Shown one piece after another: positions 26,742 through 34,664 of a stretch of 38,968 bases of DNA. The position numbers and the translations under genes are program-made. Numbering within the stretch: the first letter of the stretch is position 1; the number at the start of each line of letters is the position of its first letter. The notes beneath the pieces were generated by a model, which searched no databases, was not told the DNA's origin, and was given only the letters and a program-made list of their open reading frames with translations. The DNA lies in the IMG/VR virus record IMGVR_UViG_3300027819_000030, positions 1 through 38,968 of that record, one strand, 5' to 3'. The DNA is from a virus (Duplodnaviria; Caudoviricetes).

Positions 26742-27047
26742 ATGCCAGTCGACCAGCGCGCAGTGCTCGAGGCCACCATTCAGGCCCTCAAGGGCAACAT
26801 CGCCAACCTTCAGGTGCAGCGGATCATGGAGGAAACGAAGATCGAGGCGGTGGGTGCGCCTACCGGGGATGCGTCCGCGGACGAGTACCTGAGCGGCCAG
26901 GCTTCCACCGCGCGCGCAACGATCACCGCGCTCGATCGCACGATGGCGGCCCGCATGCGTAGGCTCGAGGAGGCCGAGCGCCAGCTCGAGGCCCTGTCCA
27001 AGCCCATCGAGCAGAAAGCCGAAGGAGGTGATCCATGCCAGGCATAG
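26742..27047 (+). CDS. Coiled-coil hypothetical protein (possible fibre chaperone)
   Basis: AGGAG RBS; helical heptads; follows the fibre gene. Confidence 0.55.
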   Translation: MPVDQRAVLEATIQALKGNIANLQVQRIMEETKIEAVGAPTGDASADEYLSGQASTARATITALDRTMAARMRRLEEAERQLEALSKPIEQKAEGGDPCQA

Positions 27048-27976
27048 TCGAAGACGTACTCGCGCTGCGAAGCGAGGTCGCGAGCCTGCGCGCGCTCGTC
27101 CAGGCGGTGCGCTATCAGGGACTGTTCTACGCCATGATCGGATCGCAGGCTATCTTCGGCTGCAAGGTCACATGGCCGAATCTCGGCTCCTACCCGTTCA
27201 CACTCGCCCTCGACGGCCGCGCGAGCGGAGATGGCGCCCACCTCAATCCGGACTACGACGCCGGGCTCGCCAATGCGTGGCAGTACCCGAACATCGCGAA
27301 CGTCGACGGTGAGGTGTTCCTGTCCGACGACATCAACCGCACGACCTATCAGAGCGCGGCGTTGACGCTGGACACGGTTCCAGGAACATCGGGCTACGGG
27401 CGCCAGGACATCGTCTACGCCTACGTCGGGGTCGGCGGTCCCGCGGTCGGTATCCTCACCGGCACCGCGGCCGCGGCCGTGAAGACCTGGTTCGATGCGA
27501 ACGGTATCGCGCTGGACGCCTACCCCTCTGCAAACACCTACGACCCCACCGGCCTCCCGACCGGCGCGATGGTGCTCGCCCGCGTCTATTCGCAGTACGG
27601 CGACACGGCGAGCGCGGCGAATCGGATCTCCGATCTGCGCAACTTCGAGGGGCGCCTCGGCGCGCCGTTCGCAGTGCAGGACGGAATCACTGCGTACTCC
27701 GGCGGTGGTCAGGCGAGCGCCGTGCTTCTCACTGGCACGCGTTGCCGAGTCGCCACGGTCGGCGCCGGCGGCGACTCCGTGAAACTTCCTCCCTGGGGCA
27801 TCGGGCTGAGGCGCTTCGTCTACAACGCGACAGGGACTTCGATGAACGTCTTCCCGTCGAGCGGAGACAAGATCAACGACGGGAGCGCGGATGCTGCGGT
27901 CGCCCACGCCGGCGGGAAACTGGCCTTGTACGAGGCGTGGTCGACCGGAAACTGGTACAGGCTGCTCGGCGGCTGA
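27035..27976 (+). CDS. Probable virion structural protein
   Basis: GGAGGT RBS; GRQDIVY fibre-anchor-like motif; C-terminal GITAYSGGGQASA...GDSVKLP...NVFP domain of the kind seen in phage virion proteins. Confidence 0.55.
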   Translation: MPGIVEDVLALRSEVASLRALVQAVRYQGLFYAMIGSQAIFGCKVTWPNLGSYPFTLALDGRASGDGAHLNPDYDAGLANAWQYPNIANVDGEVFLSDDINRTTYQSAALTLDTVPGTSGYGRQDIVYAYVGVGGPAVGILTGTAAAAVKTWFDANGIALDAYPSANTYDPTGLPTGAMVLARVYSQYGDTASAANRISDLRNFEGRLGAPFAVQDGITAYSGGGQASAVLLTGTRCRVATVGAGGDSVKLPPWGIGLRRFVYNATGTSMNVFPSSGDKINDGSADAAVAHAGGKLALYEAWSTGNWYRLLGG

Positions 27977-27997
27977 CGGGCCTGCTGGGAATCCACA

Positions 27998-28435
27998 ATG
28001 GGCGGCGAAAAACAAAACGAAGGAGGGGTCAGCGTGGACGCGCAACGGGCACTGGAGGCGATGAGGAAGATTTCCGAGGGGCACGAGTTTAACGCCCTGC
28101 TGCTCGGCACCCTGCAGCAGCTCGCCTCCGGGGTAGATGCGCTCTGGTCGAAGATCAATACGACTTCGAACGAGCTTCGGGAATTCAAGGAAGTCGATTT
28201 TCGGGAGCACGTCGAGGCCGAGCAGAAGGTGCTCGATGCTGCAGGCGAGCCCGAGATGCTGCGAAAGAAGCTCGCGTTCATCGACACGCTGATCGAGGCC
28301 CAGATCGATCGCAAGGCGCTGCGAAAGAAGGTGATCGAGAGCGCGACGGTGTGGGCCGTAATCGCATTCCTCGGCTATCTCGCCATCATTTTCTACCACG
28401 ACGCGCTGCGTCGAATCGCGGAGACGATCAAATGA
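27998..28435 (+). CDS. Membrane protein, putative holin/antiholin
   Basis: Single C-terminal TM segment (ATVWAVIAFLGYLAIIFY); directly upstream of the endolysin. Confidence 0.5.
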   Translation: MGGEKQNEGGVSVDAQRALEAMRKISEGHEFNALLLGTLQQLASGVDALWSKINTTSNELREFKEVDFREHVEAEQKVLDAAGEPEMLRKKLAFIDTLIEAQIDRKALRKKVIESATVWAVIAFLGYLAIIFYHDALRRIAETIK

Positions 28436-28911
28436 ACCTGACCGAGCATTTCGCGCTGGAGGAGCTGACCGAGTCCGATGTCGCGCTTCGCAACGGGATC
28501 GACAACCTGCATCCGCACCTCGCCGTGATCGAGAATCTGAAACTGCTTGCCGCGGGTCTTGAGGAGGTCCGAACCCTGCTCGGCGGCCTGCCGATCCACG
28601 TCAATAGCGGCTACCGCTGCCCGCGCCTGAACGCGCTTGTACGCGGTTCGCCCCATTCAGCGCACCTCCTGGGATATGCCGCGGACTTCGTCTGCCGCGA
28701 GTTCGGGACGCCGCTTGAGATCGTGCGCGCGATCGAGGCTTCTGATCTCGTTTTCGATCAGGTGATCCAGGAAGGGACGTGGGTGCATTACTCGGTCGAC
28801 CCGCGCGGGCGCCGCAACGTCCTGACCGCGCATTTCGCACCGGATGGCGCGCCGACCTACACCGCGGGCGTTGCCAAATCCGAACCCAAGTCAGAGGAGG
28901 CGCAATCATGA
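28432..28911 (+). CDS. Endolysin, peptidase M15A family
   Basis: MNLTEHFALEEL, SGYRCPRLN, SAHLLGYAADF and WVH zinc-binding motifs; start reassigned to ATG 28432. Confidence 0.9.
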   Translation: MNLTEHFALEELTESDVALRNGIDNLHPHLAVIENLKLLAAGLEEVRTLLGGLPIHVNSGYRCPRLNALVRGSPHSAHLLGYAADFVCREFGTPLEIVRAIEASDLVFDQVIQEGTWVHYSVDPRGRRNVLTAHFAPDGAPTYTAGVAKSEPKSEEAQS

Positions 28912-29372
28912 CCGTGCAGACCACCATCGCTGCAGGGACGGGAGGCTCGCTCATCACCTTCCTCCTCGCCTATCCGAGCACGCAGCAGGCGCAGATCTTC
29001 TACGCGCTTCTCATCGGAGCCGTGTTCGGGATGCTCGTCAACTACCTCCGGCGCTGGCTCGCCGAGGAAATCTCCGGAAGCCTCGTCGACTACATGTTCC
29101 GCCAGAATCCCCGTCGCACGATGCTCGCCGTGTTCGGCATCGTCTCCTGGTGCGCCGGAGAGGTTGCCTCGGGCCTCTTCGTCACCGGGGGAGGCGAATT
29201 CATCGGCTGGGGTCTTGTCATTCTCTCTGGCCTCAAGACCGGATACGCCGGCGACTCGCTCATCAACAAAGGCGGGCGCACGGTGTGGACCGAAGAAAGG
29301 CGCGCGGCCGTTCAGGCCTCCCAGCTCGCGCCAGCGCCCACGGAGGCCGCTCAGAAAGGAACCAGACCATGA
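28908..29372 (+). CDS. Multi-TM membrane protein, putative holin
   Basis: GAGGAGG RBS; about three hydrophobic segments and a charged C-terminus; overlaps the endolysin stop. Confidence 0.55.
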   Translation: MTVQTTIAAGTGGSLITFLLAYPSTQQAQIFYALLIGAVFGMLVNYLRRWLAEEISGSLVDYMFRQNPRRTMLAVFGIVSWCAGEVASGLFVTGGGEFIGWGLVILSGLKTGYAGDSLINKGGRTVWTEERRAAVQASQLAPAPTEAAQKGTRP

Positions 29373-29791
29373 AACGATTGCAGAGCTTCCTCTTTCTCAT
29401 CATCGCTGCGGTTCTCGCGCTCGCTGGCTGCGCCGGCGTGCCTACCCAGACGTCACCCGGGGAGCAGAGCGCTGCGCAGTCCCCGCTGTCGAGCCTCGCC
29501 AACGTCGCGGCCGCGGATCTCGACACCGCCGCGAAACAGGCCGACGCCGACGGCGACGCGGTCGGTGCCGCCTGCTGGCGCGCAATGCAGACGTGGCTCG
29601 GCAACAGGCCAGCGGCCGCGCATGTCGTCGGGGCATTCTCGGCGATCCAGGCCGCGCGATCGGCGCGCCTGCGCGTTGCCTCCGGCGTGCCAACGGATGT
29701 CCACGTGAAGTGCTCCCCGGTCGTGCTCGACGCGCAGGGGGTCGCCCTTCGCCTCGGGCTCCTCGCCGCTGGCAAGGGGTTGCTGCCGTGA
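29369..29791 (+). CDS. Lipoprotein, possible spanin
   Basis: MKR, hydrophobic core, lipobox LAGC; moderately hydrophobic C-terminus; in the lysis cassette. Confidence 0.6.
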   Translation: MKRLQSFLFLIIAAVLALAGCAGVPTQTSPGEQSAAQSPLSSLANVAAADLDTAAKQADADGDAVGAACWRAMQTWLGNRPAAAHVVGAFSAIQAARSARLRVASGVPTDVHVKCSPVVLDAQGVALRLGLLAAGKGLLP

Positions 29792-29952
29792 CGAGGATCA
29801 TGATCCTGTCGGTGCTGCTCGCGGCCGCGCTCGCCGGCTGCGCGCCTTCCCCGCTGCATTCGGTGAATGGTGATCAGGTACAGCCGCCCACCGGCTACGA
29901 GGAATACTGCGCTCGAAACCCGGCGCGCGCCGAGTGCGGAGGCGACAGATGA
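29788..29952 (+). CDS. Small lipoprotein resembling the N-terminal segment of BTLCP proteases
   Basis: GTG start overlapping the upstream stop; lipobox LAGC; PPTGYEEYCARNPARAEC resembles the P.G...FC...P.EC N-terminal motif of Peptidase_C93 proteins. Confidence 0.62.
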   Translation: MTRIMILSVLLAAALAGCAPSPLHSVNGDQVQPPTGYEEYCARNPARAECGGDR

Positions 29953-30356
29953 CCTACCCGGACCGCTCCGACTTGGACAGCGTCAACGACGAGGTCGATG
30001 CACTCCCCTATGTGCCAAACGCCGACCGCGGTCTCGATCCCGGCTGGTGGGAGCGGATTACAACGAAGGGCGGGATCTGAATCGATTACGTGCTGGAGAA
30101 GATCGCACGGCTCCAGGCGCTCGGCTGGCCGATCGAGCGCCTGCGCATCGCCTGCTGCTACGTCGAGCCCACCGTCCCGCCGCCGGACAACTACCACGCC
30201 GTGCTGCAGGTCGAGATCAACGGCGGCCAGGCCATCCTCGACAGCCGCCAGAGCCACGTCTGCTCCCTCGAGGAGTTGGCCCGCATCGGCTACCGGCCGG
30301 ACCGGATCCAGGCCGCGGGAGGCTCGCGCGAGTGGGTCGAGTGGCGCTGGCAGTAG
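29949..30356 (+). CDS. Transglutaminase-like cysteine protease (BTLCP/Peptidase_C93) with in-frame TGA at the catalytic Cys: selenoprotein or pseudogene
   Basis: GGAGG RBS and ATG 29949; reads ...SVNDEVD...WWE...KGGI*IDYVLEKIARLQALGWPIERLRI...HAVL...ILDS; TGA 30078-30080 aligns with C of the GDCEDY motif. Confidence 0.75.
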
Positions 30357-30404
30357 GGCGCGGCGCGCGGCTTCACCAATCCGGCGCAAGATCGGCAGGG
30401 GCTA

Positions 30405-30481
30405 CGCTCGGGGCTGGCTGGTCTCCGAGCGGTTTTCCGGGAGGGTTGCCCAGTTTCGCCGGTAGCCTTCCCGGCCTTTTT
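30405..30481 (+). terminator. Tandem intrinsic terminators ending the late operon
   Basis: CGCTCGG/CCGAGCG hairpin plus GTTTT, then a 14 bp stem (30437-30450 / 30461-30474, with G-U pairs) plus CCTTTTT; lies between convergent operons. Confidence 0.65.
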
Positions 30482-30539
30482 ATGGGCGTTCTGGGGAGGG
30501 CGCGGCGCGGAGGCTACGTGGGTATCTGCGGATGGGCGA

Positions 30540-30845
30540 TCACGCAGCCTGAGCCTGTCGCTCGAAGGACACCGTAACTTCTCTCGGCTGCACGGCATAG
30601 TCCCTCCAGAACGCGCGAATTCGTCCGCCGAGGACAAACGCTTCGCTTGTTGCGTCAGTCGTCAAGGTCAGCGTCCCATCGGATTCGAACGAGAAGCCTC
30701 GTGTAAAGACCCCTCCCTCGGAGATCAGAATTCCGGCCCCAGGCGCGAGGATCTGCCGTACCGGCATAAGCACGCCAGCCTTCGTGCACACCCATGGAGC
30801 AACTCCGGCGGCGAGGATGGATTGCAGGAAGCTGCGGCGATTCAT
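30540..30845 (-). CDS. Small protein with twin-arginine-like N-terminus
   Basis: MNRRSFLQSILAAGVAP; ATG 30845 overlaps the upstream stop. Confidence 0.6.
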   Translation of the reverse strand: MNRRSFLQSILAAGVAPWVCTKAGVLMPVRQILAPGAGILISEGGVFTRGFSFESDGTLTLTTDATSEAFVLGGRIRAFWRDYAVQPREVTVSFERQAQAA

Positions 30846-31024
30846 CTTCCAAGCTCCTTCGTCATCAGCAGATACGGACAATCCGGTTCGTGGCCGGTCT
30901 TTCCGTCCAGGTCAACAATAGCGCCACAGAGTGCGCATGCCACGTCGCCGAATCCGGTCTCGTAGATCGGGCGGTTACGCTGGTCTGCGACCCAGCGGCG
31001 CCAAGCGTCGAAGGCTTTGCTCAT
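30842..31024 (-). CDS. Small Zn-binding hypothetical protein
   Basis: CALC...HEPDC; 4-nt overlaps on both sides. Confidence 0.55.
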   Translation of the reverse strand: MSKAFDAWRRWVADQRNRPIYETGFGDVACALCGAIVDLDGKTGHEPDCPYLLMTKELGR

Positions 31025-31233
31025 GCGGAACGGACGCGCTGGACACGCAGTCTGATCGTAATTGCAACTGTGTCTGTATCCTTCCAGCGCGTGGGAAAGC
31101 GCTCGATATTGAGCGGGTAGCCATCACAATCGATGTCTAGCTTCGTATCGGCAATATGCGCTCCGCCATCTTCAAGAATATCGCTGATCAGCTTGGCGGC
31201 TTTGGTTGCAAGCTCTCGCGCGTCGATGCTCAT
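31021..31233 (-). CDS. Hypothetical protein
   Basis: GAGGAG RBS; 4-nt overlaps with neighbours. Confidence 0.55.
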   Translation of the reverse strand: MSIDARELATKAAKLISDILEDGGAHIADTKLDIDCDGYPLNIERFPTRWKDTDTVAITIRLRVQRVRSA

Positions 31234-31655
31234 AAGGTCTTCTCCTCATGGTCGTTTTCTGCGAGATTGAACGCTTCCCGCGCCCGCATCGCCATCCTCC
31301 GCCCGATCTCCGGTGCGTCCGCAACAGCATGCACGAGGCGCCGCGTCCCGCCGCAGCGCGTGCACACCGAGACACCGACCTTGCGCGCGCACTCCGGGCA
31401 CGGGACCACGACCGCCGAGGACGCCTGCGCGGGCACCGCGCGCGCGATCCAGAAGGCGTAGCTGAGGTAGTGACCAAGCGGAGAGATCGTCAGGTCTGCG
31501 ATGGCGCGCTCCGAGCCCGGGACGGCCCGTAGATCAGCGAGGAATTCGGCGCTGACGAGGACGACCGACCCGGCCGGGATGCGGTGCGGCCTCTCCAGCG
31601 GCAGCAGGAAGGCGACCTGGCGGACCTCTGAATTCCAGGGTTCGGCTTGGCGCAT
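31230..31655 (-). CDS. Zn-ribbon-containing hypothetical protein
   Basis: CPEC...CTRCGG; abuts the upstream stop. Confidence 0.55.
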   Translation of the reverse strand: MRQAEPWNSEVRQVAFLLPLERPHRIPAGSVVLVSAEFLADLRAVPGSERAIADLTISPLGHYLSYAFWIARAVPAQASSAVVVPCPECARKVGVSVCTRCGGTRRLVHAVADAPEIGRRMAMRAREAFNLAENDHEEKTL

Positions 31656-31656
31656 A

Positions 31657-32244
31657 TCATGCCGCCTGCGGGGGAGGGACGATGGCCGTCGGCTCAGTGT
31701 CGCTCGGGCCAGGCTCGGGCGCCTCGTGCCCGGCGCGCCGCAGGATCGCGCGAATCTCGGCCATGTCCGGTTCCAGCTCCTGCGCGACGAAGCGCCGATG
31801 CAGGGACTCGAAAACCTGCTGGTAGGGGATGCCGAGCGTGGCCGCGATCCCGTGGCAGACGATCTCGATCATCGCGGCGCCGATCCGGGCCTGCTCCCAC
31901 TCCTTCAGGTGGACGCCCTTGTCCCAGACGATACGAGCGTCGGCGACGAGCTCTCGGGCAGCATCGAGGAAGTCCGAGATCGAGGGCTCCATGCCGACCT
32001 GAGCGCAGCTTCCGGCGACTGCTGTCATCGCGCAGCCGATCTGCACCGAGAGCGCGGGAAGGTCGCCGCCCATCAGGCCGTGTTCGATCAGCGCATCGGT
32101 CGCGGTGCGCACGGCACGGCGGCGGCTCATCAGTTCCAGGGCCGGGATGTCCTCGCTCGGATCCTGGCCTTCTCCTGGGCAGGCGCGCAGCGGAAAGCCG
32201 AGCGCCTGATGCTGGGCGCGGACGAGGGCGATCTCGAATTTCAT
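31657..32244 (-). CDS. Helical protein, possibly a degenerate MazG/NTP-pyrophosphohydrolase-like fold
   Basis: Start MKFEIALV at 32244; VRAQHQALGFP and VCHGIAATLGIPYQQVFESLHRR resemble all-alpha NTP-PPase ends, but there is no EExxE motif. Confidence 0.45.
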   Translation of the reverse strand: MKFEIALVRAQHQALGFPLRACPGEGQDPSEDIPALELMSRRRAVRTATDALIEHGLMGGDLPALSVQIGCAMTAVAGSCAQVGMEPSISDFLDAARELVADARIVWDKGVHLKEWEQARIGAAMIEIVCHGIAATLGIPYQQVFESLHRRFVAQELEPDMAEIRAILRRAGHEAPEPGPSDTEPTAIVPPPQAA

Positions 32245-32651
32245 GGCTTGCCGCCTTCCGCAGCGTCGCCGGCGTCCGGCGGAAGCTCGCGCAGCACATA
32301 CTGCGCCCGGTGCTCCGGAATGTCGGACATGAGCCAGACGGCATACTCGTATGCATCGCCATAGGCGCCAGTCTTCAGCATCATAGCCGTGTCGCCGTTG
32401 CCGAGATCGGAGAAAAGCATGTTCGAGAAGAACAGCGGCGCATGGTCTGAGGGCGCGAAGAGGTACTCGGTGCCGCCATTGGTGAGGACGACGGTTTGAC
32501 CCTCCTCGCGCAACCCGAAGTCGAGCACATGCTCGTAGTGCGGCACCGGCGTGAGCGGCCAGTCGAACACCGTGCCTCCGATGATCTGCAGCAGCGCTGG
32601 TATCGGCGGCTCGTACGTGTACGTCAGGGAATCGGCTGAGAAAATGTCCAT
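32241..32651 (-). CDS. Hypothetical protein
   Basis: Purine-rich RBS; follows the glycosyltransferase in the operon. Confidence 0.6.
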   Translation of the reverse strand: MDIFSADSLTYTYEPPIPALLQIIGGTVFDWPLTPVPHYEHVLDFGLREEGQTVVLTNGGTEYLFAPSDHAPLFFSNMLFSDLGNGDTAMMLKTGAYGDAYEYAVWLMSDIPEHRAQYVLRELPPDAGDAAEGGKP

Positions 32652-32666
32652 GGTGTCTCTCTCTTG

Positions 32667-34664
32667 TCAGCTGGACGGGCCTTCGCGAGCGTCCGATCCA
32701 TCGGGCGTGAATTCCGTCCATTCGATCGGATCGGACCGTCCCTGCAGCGCCTCGTGACGCTCGTAAAGGTACCAGAACGCCCGCCCGAACGCACCGGCTG
32801 CCGGTCCGCGCCGCGGGCCGAAAAACGTCCCCATGATGTCGGCCGCGCGCACCGCCTCGGCTGCGGCGATCCGCTCCGCATCGTAGTTGACGAGCAGCAA
32901 CGCGAGCGTCTCGTAATCCTCGGCCGACTCCGCGATCCAATCGCGCAGGCCGATCGCCTCGAGCATGAGCCCGTCGTAGCTCTCGTGCGGCTCCGGCCCG
33001 GTCTTCACCAGAAGCGGCAGCCCGACCAGCATGGAGTCGATATTCCCGTTCGTGTTGCCGAAGGGGAAGGCCGAGAAGTGCAGATCGCAGTTCGCCAGGC
33101 GCGCGAGATAGGTCGGGTAGTCGGTGCGGGGATAGACGACGGCGTCATCGAACCAGCGCAGCAGCGCCTTTCTTGCCTGCCAGTGCCAGAGCCCGATCTG
33201 GTTCGGGAAGAAGTGATAGATCACCTTGCGCGCGGCGCGCTCCTTGATGCGGCGAAGCGTGCGCAGGAACGGCACGTTCAACTTCGCCACCATGGCCGGC
33301 ACCGCGACGATGATCGGGTCCGGGTTCAAGCGGATCGGCTCTCGCTCCTTGCTCCAGGGCGTGTCGTCGCGCCGGGCGAACTCGTAGCTCTGCACCGGGA
33401 GCCTGACGACCCGCTCGGTGAAAAGGGTCGCATCGTCGGCTGAACCGCCGTCGGCGATCACGTAGTCGATCTCGGTGCCGCCGGTGGTCGCCGGGTGGCC
33501 GAGGGTCATGATCTGGAGGGGCGCGAGCCGCATCTGGCAAAGCGCGACCCACCAGAGCGCCATGCCGATTGAGGGGTAGTAGATGGCATCCGGAGCGCGC
33601 TCGGCGATCCGGCGCACGAGGTCGGAGAGGATGACGTCGCCCTCCGGGAGCCATAGGAAATCGTCGAAGAGTTCCCGCGCCTTGTCGTCCAACATCGAAG
33701 CACGGATGCAGGCGACCAGCCGGAAGCGCCCCCGGAGCTGCGCGACCGAGGGCGCATAGCAGCGGTACATGGCATGGAAGGACGAGAAGTGCTCCAGGCA
33801 GAGAAGGACGGTCGGCTTGCCCCCCGCCAGATCGGGGCGAGGGCGCTTCTTCGGAAGCTTGACCGGCGATGCGGCCCGCGCCATGGATCGCGCCAGCATG
33901 CGCGAGAAAGAGCGCTTGATTTGGTGGCGGTCCTCGCGGACACCGTAGCTCGCGTACATGAACGCATCCGATAGCGCGGGCAGGAGCCCGGCGTCCACGT
34001 CCATGTGTTCGAAAAGCGGTCCCAAGCCGAGCAGGCGCTCCCGCTGCTCGTGCGCAGCCGGGTTCAGCACCACGGTATGCGAGAGCATGCCGAGGAAAAG
34101 CGGCAGGCACAGCCGCGCGACTCGCTCGTCCCGGAAGAGATCGTCCAGCGCCATCCCAAGGGGCGAGGCGAGGCAGTACAGGAGCAGGAATTTCGCCTTT
34201 GCCCGGTTGTCATCGAAGCGCAGCTTGGCCGGATCGCGCTCGGCGGGATTCGTGACGAGGGCGGGAACCAGGTGGTCGGCGGTCTCGAAAACCGAGGTCT
34301 CGAAGATCGCCTCGATCGCGGCGTGCTGCACGGCAAGCTTCCGGAATCCGTCCTCGGACAACTGGAAATCCGGATCGGCGAAGAGCGCGCTCACCGCTGC
34401 GGCGAGGCGCGAGTAGAGGAGCGCCTCCTGCGCCGGATTGCCCAGGCTGTAGCCGATGAACTCCGCCCCGGCGCGCAGCAGGTTGACGATGTGCAGCAGC
34501 TCGACGCTCGCGGTCTCCGGCTGCCGGCGGTAGCACAGCGCCTCGAAACGCTCGATGGCGACGTTCTCGACGCGCGTCATCGGGCTTTGTGGCTTCGGCT
34601 GCTCGGGAATCGCGGCGTCGTTCTGCGCGTCCATCACGGCGGCCTGCTCGATCTGCGTGCTCAT
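32667..34664 (-). CDS. HMW1C/NGT-like protein N-glycosyltransferase (GT41)
   Basis: FMYASY...RHQIKR, EHFSSFHAMYR, YYPSIGM, RLAPLQIMTLGHPATT, KLNVPFL and FPFGNTNGNID...GPEPHE match HMW1C/ApNGT signatures; start MSTQIEQ at 34664 (665 aa). Confidence 0.88.
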   Translation of the reverse strand: MSTQIEQAAVMDAQNDAAIPEQPKPQSPMTRVENVAIERFEALCYRRQPETASVELLHIVNLLRAGAEFIGYSLGNPAQEALLYSRLAAAVSALFADPDFQLSEDGFRKLAVQHAAIEAIFETSVFETADHLVPALVTNPAERDPAKLRFDDNRAKAKFLLLYCLASPLGMALDDLFRDERVARLCLPLFLGMLSHTVVLNPAAHEQRERLLGLGPLFEHMDVDAGLLPALSDAFMYASYGVREDRHQIKRSFSRMLARSMARAASPVKLPKKRPRPDLAGGKPTVLLCLEHFSSFHAMYRCYAPSVAQLRGRFRLVACIRASMLDDKARELFDDFLWLPEGDVILSDLVRRIAERAPDAIYYPSIGMALWWVALCQMRLAPLQIMTLGHPATTGGTEIDYVIADGGSADDATLFTERVVRLPVQSYEFARRDDTPWSKEREPIRLNPDPIIVAVPAMVAKLNVPFLRTLRRIKERAARKVIYHFFPNQIGLWHWQARKALLRWFDDAVVYPRTDYPTYLARLANCDLHFSAFPFGNTNGNIDSMLVGLPLLVKTGPEPHESYDGLMLEAIGLRDWIAESAEDYETLALLLVNYDAERIAAAEAVRAADIMGTFFGPRRGPAAGAFGRAFWYLYERHEALQGRSDPIEWTEFTPDGSDAREGPSS

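Noticed and set aside
21674-27976. Diversity-generating retroelement or invertible tail-fibre cassette
   Set aside because: No reverse transcriptase, invertase, or template/variable repeat pair seen in the window
11097-28399. Long antisense ORFs (11097-12569, 13053-14165, 15723-17438, 26810-28399 and others)
   Set aside because: Shadow frames of GC-rich coding genes with no recognisable motifs
30090-30356. 88-aa ORF from the track as a stand-alone gene
   Set aside because: It starts after the catalytic position and has no clear RBS; it is the 3' part of the ORF beginning at 29949
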